This document shows, in pieces, positions 62,045-64,000 of a stretch of DNA of 64,000 nucleotides. The notes under the pieces are model-generated. The model was not told the origin of the DNA and did no database searches. It saw only the letters and a program-made list of their open reading frames with translations. This stretch comes from an uncultured Candidatus Saccharibacteria bacterium (GTDB lineage Bacteria > Patescibacteriota > Doudnabacteria > UBA920), in NCBI GenBank assembly GCA_964490395.1, contig CAZBAS010000001.1, forward strand, positions 19,815 through 83,814, in the 5' to 3' direction. The first letter of the stretch is position 1, and every line of letters starts with the position of its first letter. The translations under genes were made by a program, and so were the position numbers.

Positions 62045-64000
62045 AAATTTAGAATTTGCTGAGGCAAGCGGTAGTTGGCCGCTCGAAGCGCATAAGAATG
62101 GCGCTGTTTTTTCATTCTCAGGCAGCTTTTCCACTATACGCATAGCAGGAGAAAAGGCGGCTGAGGCAGCCAATGCTTTAGTGGATATGGTCTTGTATAT
62201 TGTGTGTGGTGTGGGCGCGGCTGCGTTGGTGTTTGGTGCCGTTACCGTAGGCATGGAAGAATCGGACCTGTTGTTCTTTGTGCGTGCTCACTGGTTCAAT
62301 ATTTTTGTTTGGGTGGGTGCACTCGGGGCCTTGTACCTGTGGGCTCGGCGCATTAAAGCAGCGGCTGAGTACGAAGTGACTCGAGTGCTGTCATGGGCAA
62401 ATGTAAGTAAGTGGACGAGTTCTGGTCGTTCGGTAGATGTATATCATTTGTTTACCAAGGGTGCGCGGCAGGTATGGAATTCTGTTCCTGGTATTGCAGG
62501 TGAAAAACCTACCACCGTTCATATTTTTCTTGCCCTGCTCACGCACGAGTCTATCAAACTAGTATTTTACCGGTTCGGTGTAAACCCGGATCAGCTTACA
62601 GAACAGCTACAGCAAATGCTGCCTAGTTTGGACGCGGCTAAGGAGGCTGAATATGTTGCTCAGGTGCCTTTTGTAGCGCTTTCTGAGAGTCTCAAGTTGC
62701 GCAACCGTTCTGTGGATCCACTCATGCTGCTCTGTGCTTTGGCAACCGAGTTGCCCGATGAACACCCTGTACAAAAACTGTTCTTTAACTTAGATCTTTC
62801 CTATGACAAGCTGGAAGTTATAGCTGCGTGGATATTTAACATAGACCTACTCTACGAAGAAGATAAAATATTTCGCAAACTTGCACGGCACAAGAGCGAT
62901 AAAGGTATAAACAAAGGTTTAACTGCCGTGCCAACGCCGTATTTGGATCAGTTTAGTGTGGACTTAACCATTGCTGCTAAGTACCACCGGTTGCCGCTTA
63001 CGCGCGGCCGCGATGCAGACACGGATAAGATAATGGATCTCATGGCCAATAGCGGCAAAAATGTCCTGGTCAAAGGTGCTATTGGCACCGGTAGGAGCAC
63101 TGTTCTTGCGGACTTAGCATATCGCATGGCTTCGGAGCAGGTGCCGTTCAGCCTGCAAGACAAAAGACTTATTCGTCTGGAACTCGCGGGCATGTTGGGG
63201 AGTCATGTGAGCCCAGAGCAAGCGCTCCTGAATATTTTCCACGAAGCTGAACATAGTGGCAATATCATTTTTGCCTTGGACGATATACAGCAACTGGCAA
63301 AGGCTTCTGGGAGTGAGGGCCTGTCTGTACTAGAAGTGCTGCTGAGTCATTTGGAAAATAGCTCTATACGAGTTATAGCTACTACTACTGCTGAGGATTA
63401 TCAGACTACGTTACGCAACAGCGCGAATTTTGACGAACGGTTTGTAACCTATGAACTGCAGGACTTAAATGAGCAGGGTATAATGCTTGCCAGCTGCATG
63501 CGTGCAAGTCAGCTCGAAGGTCAGACTGGCGCATTTTTTGAGTATCAGGCAGTGCAAGAGGCAGTGCGGCTTACTGACGAGTATTTTAAAGATATGGGCC
63601 AGCCGCAAAAAGCCATTTCAGTGTTACAAGAAGCGGCCAATAAAGTGAAAACAGCACCAAAGGGCCCAGCTAAGCTCATTACCCCACAAGTTATACAGGA
63701 AGTGGTAGCAGAAAAAACTCACGTTCCAACAAGCGCCTTTACTGAGGGTGAGGCGGAAAAGCTGTTGCATTTGGAAGAGACGATTGGCAAGCGAGTTATA
63801 GGTCAGGTAGAAGCAGTCACTGCAGTGTCAGAAGGTATGCGCCGGGCTCGTAGCGGACTCTCGAGTGGCCAACGACCGCTGGCGTCGTTCTTGTTTGTGG
63901 GGCCTACTGGTGTGGGTAAAACAGAACTCGCCAAAACACTTGCTGCGGTATATTTTGGTGATGAACGGTATATGCTGCGGTTAGATATGTCTGAATACCG
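62045..64000 (+). CDS. ClpB/ClpC-like AAA+ chaperone (3'-truncated by the window end), with an N-terminal hydrophobic segment and a degenerate D1 Walker A.
   Basis: Open reading frame from the ATG at 62045 to the window end (652 codons, hand-checked). Clp_N-like repeats. D1 P-loop reads GAIGTGRST (Lys replaced by Arg, Gly-Thr order altered). D2 is canonical: VIGQVEAV...LFVGPTGVGKTELAK. Confidence 0.75.

Noticed and set aside
62006-62254. 82-aa minus-strand ORF overlapping the start of the clpB/C-like gene.
   Set aside because: It is antisense to a hand-verified 652-codon open frame with clear AAA+ motifs. It is spurious.

Overview
Reading the ORF track and sequence by eye (no searches), this 64 kb window looks like the replication-origin region of a small, low-GC bacterial genome, with a gene repertoire consistent with a Patescibacteria/CPR-type organism (inference). 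The conserved rpmH-rnpA-yidD-yidC-jag operon (3717→1565, minus) and dnaA-dnaN-recF (24111→28055, plus) are both present. They are not adjacent as in most bacteria. About 20 kb of cell-surface genes lies between them (3897..23726). The island holds a dockerin-bearing secreted protein next to a membrane-anchored cohesin-like protein. It also holds two or three paralogous pairs of a Thr-rich secreted beta-sandwich protein with a DUF916-like TM-anchored partner (Csc/WxL-like architecture), and an excisionase-type HTH gene with a long leader. Its largest gene encodes a 3560-aa Thr/Gly/Ser-rich repetitive giant protein. That protein has phage-tail-fibre-like GNVGIGTTTP motifs and a peptidase S74 / intramolecular chaperone auto-processing motif (SDRRLK ... 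IAQEVQ ... LQEL) about 330 aa before its C-terminus. The rest of the window carries housekeeping genes (ybaK-like, manC-like, ruvB, vanW-like, tsaE, NrnA-like, pilB, polA, rpsT, uvrB, ABC transporter, truncated tsaB, murE, clpB/C-like). Between them are accessory genes: a RhuM-Doc (Fic/Doc-fold) fusion, a DinB-family protein, a GH1 beta-glucosidase, and a 1546-aa GH-A hydrolase with three repeated modules and a discoidin (F5/8 type C) domain. The most unexpected single gene is a 215-aa membrane protein, translationally coupled between the ABC ATPase and permease, whose C-terminal ~90 aa closely resemble EF-Tu domain 3. Non-coding observations include a family of AT-rich palindromic intergenic elements and a ~90-nt repeat flanking murE. 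A 40-nt palindromic terminator element occurs twice, and 4x heptamer tandem repeats sit inside the coding sequences of uvrB, murE (as an inverted pair) and tsaB. No integrase, transposase, CRISPR, tRNA or rRNA was recognised.
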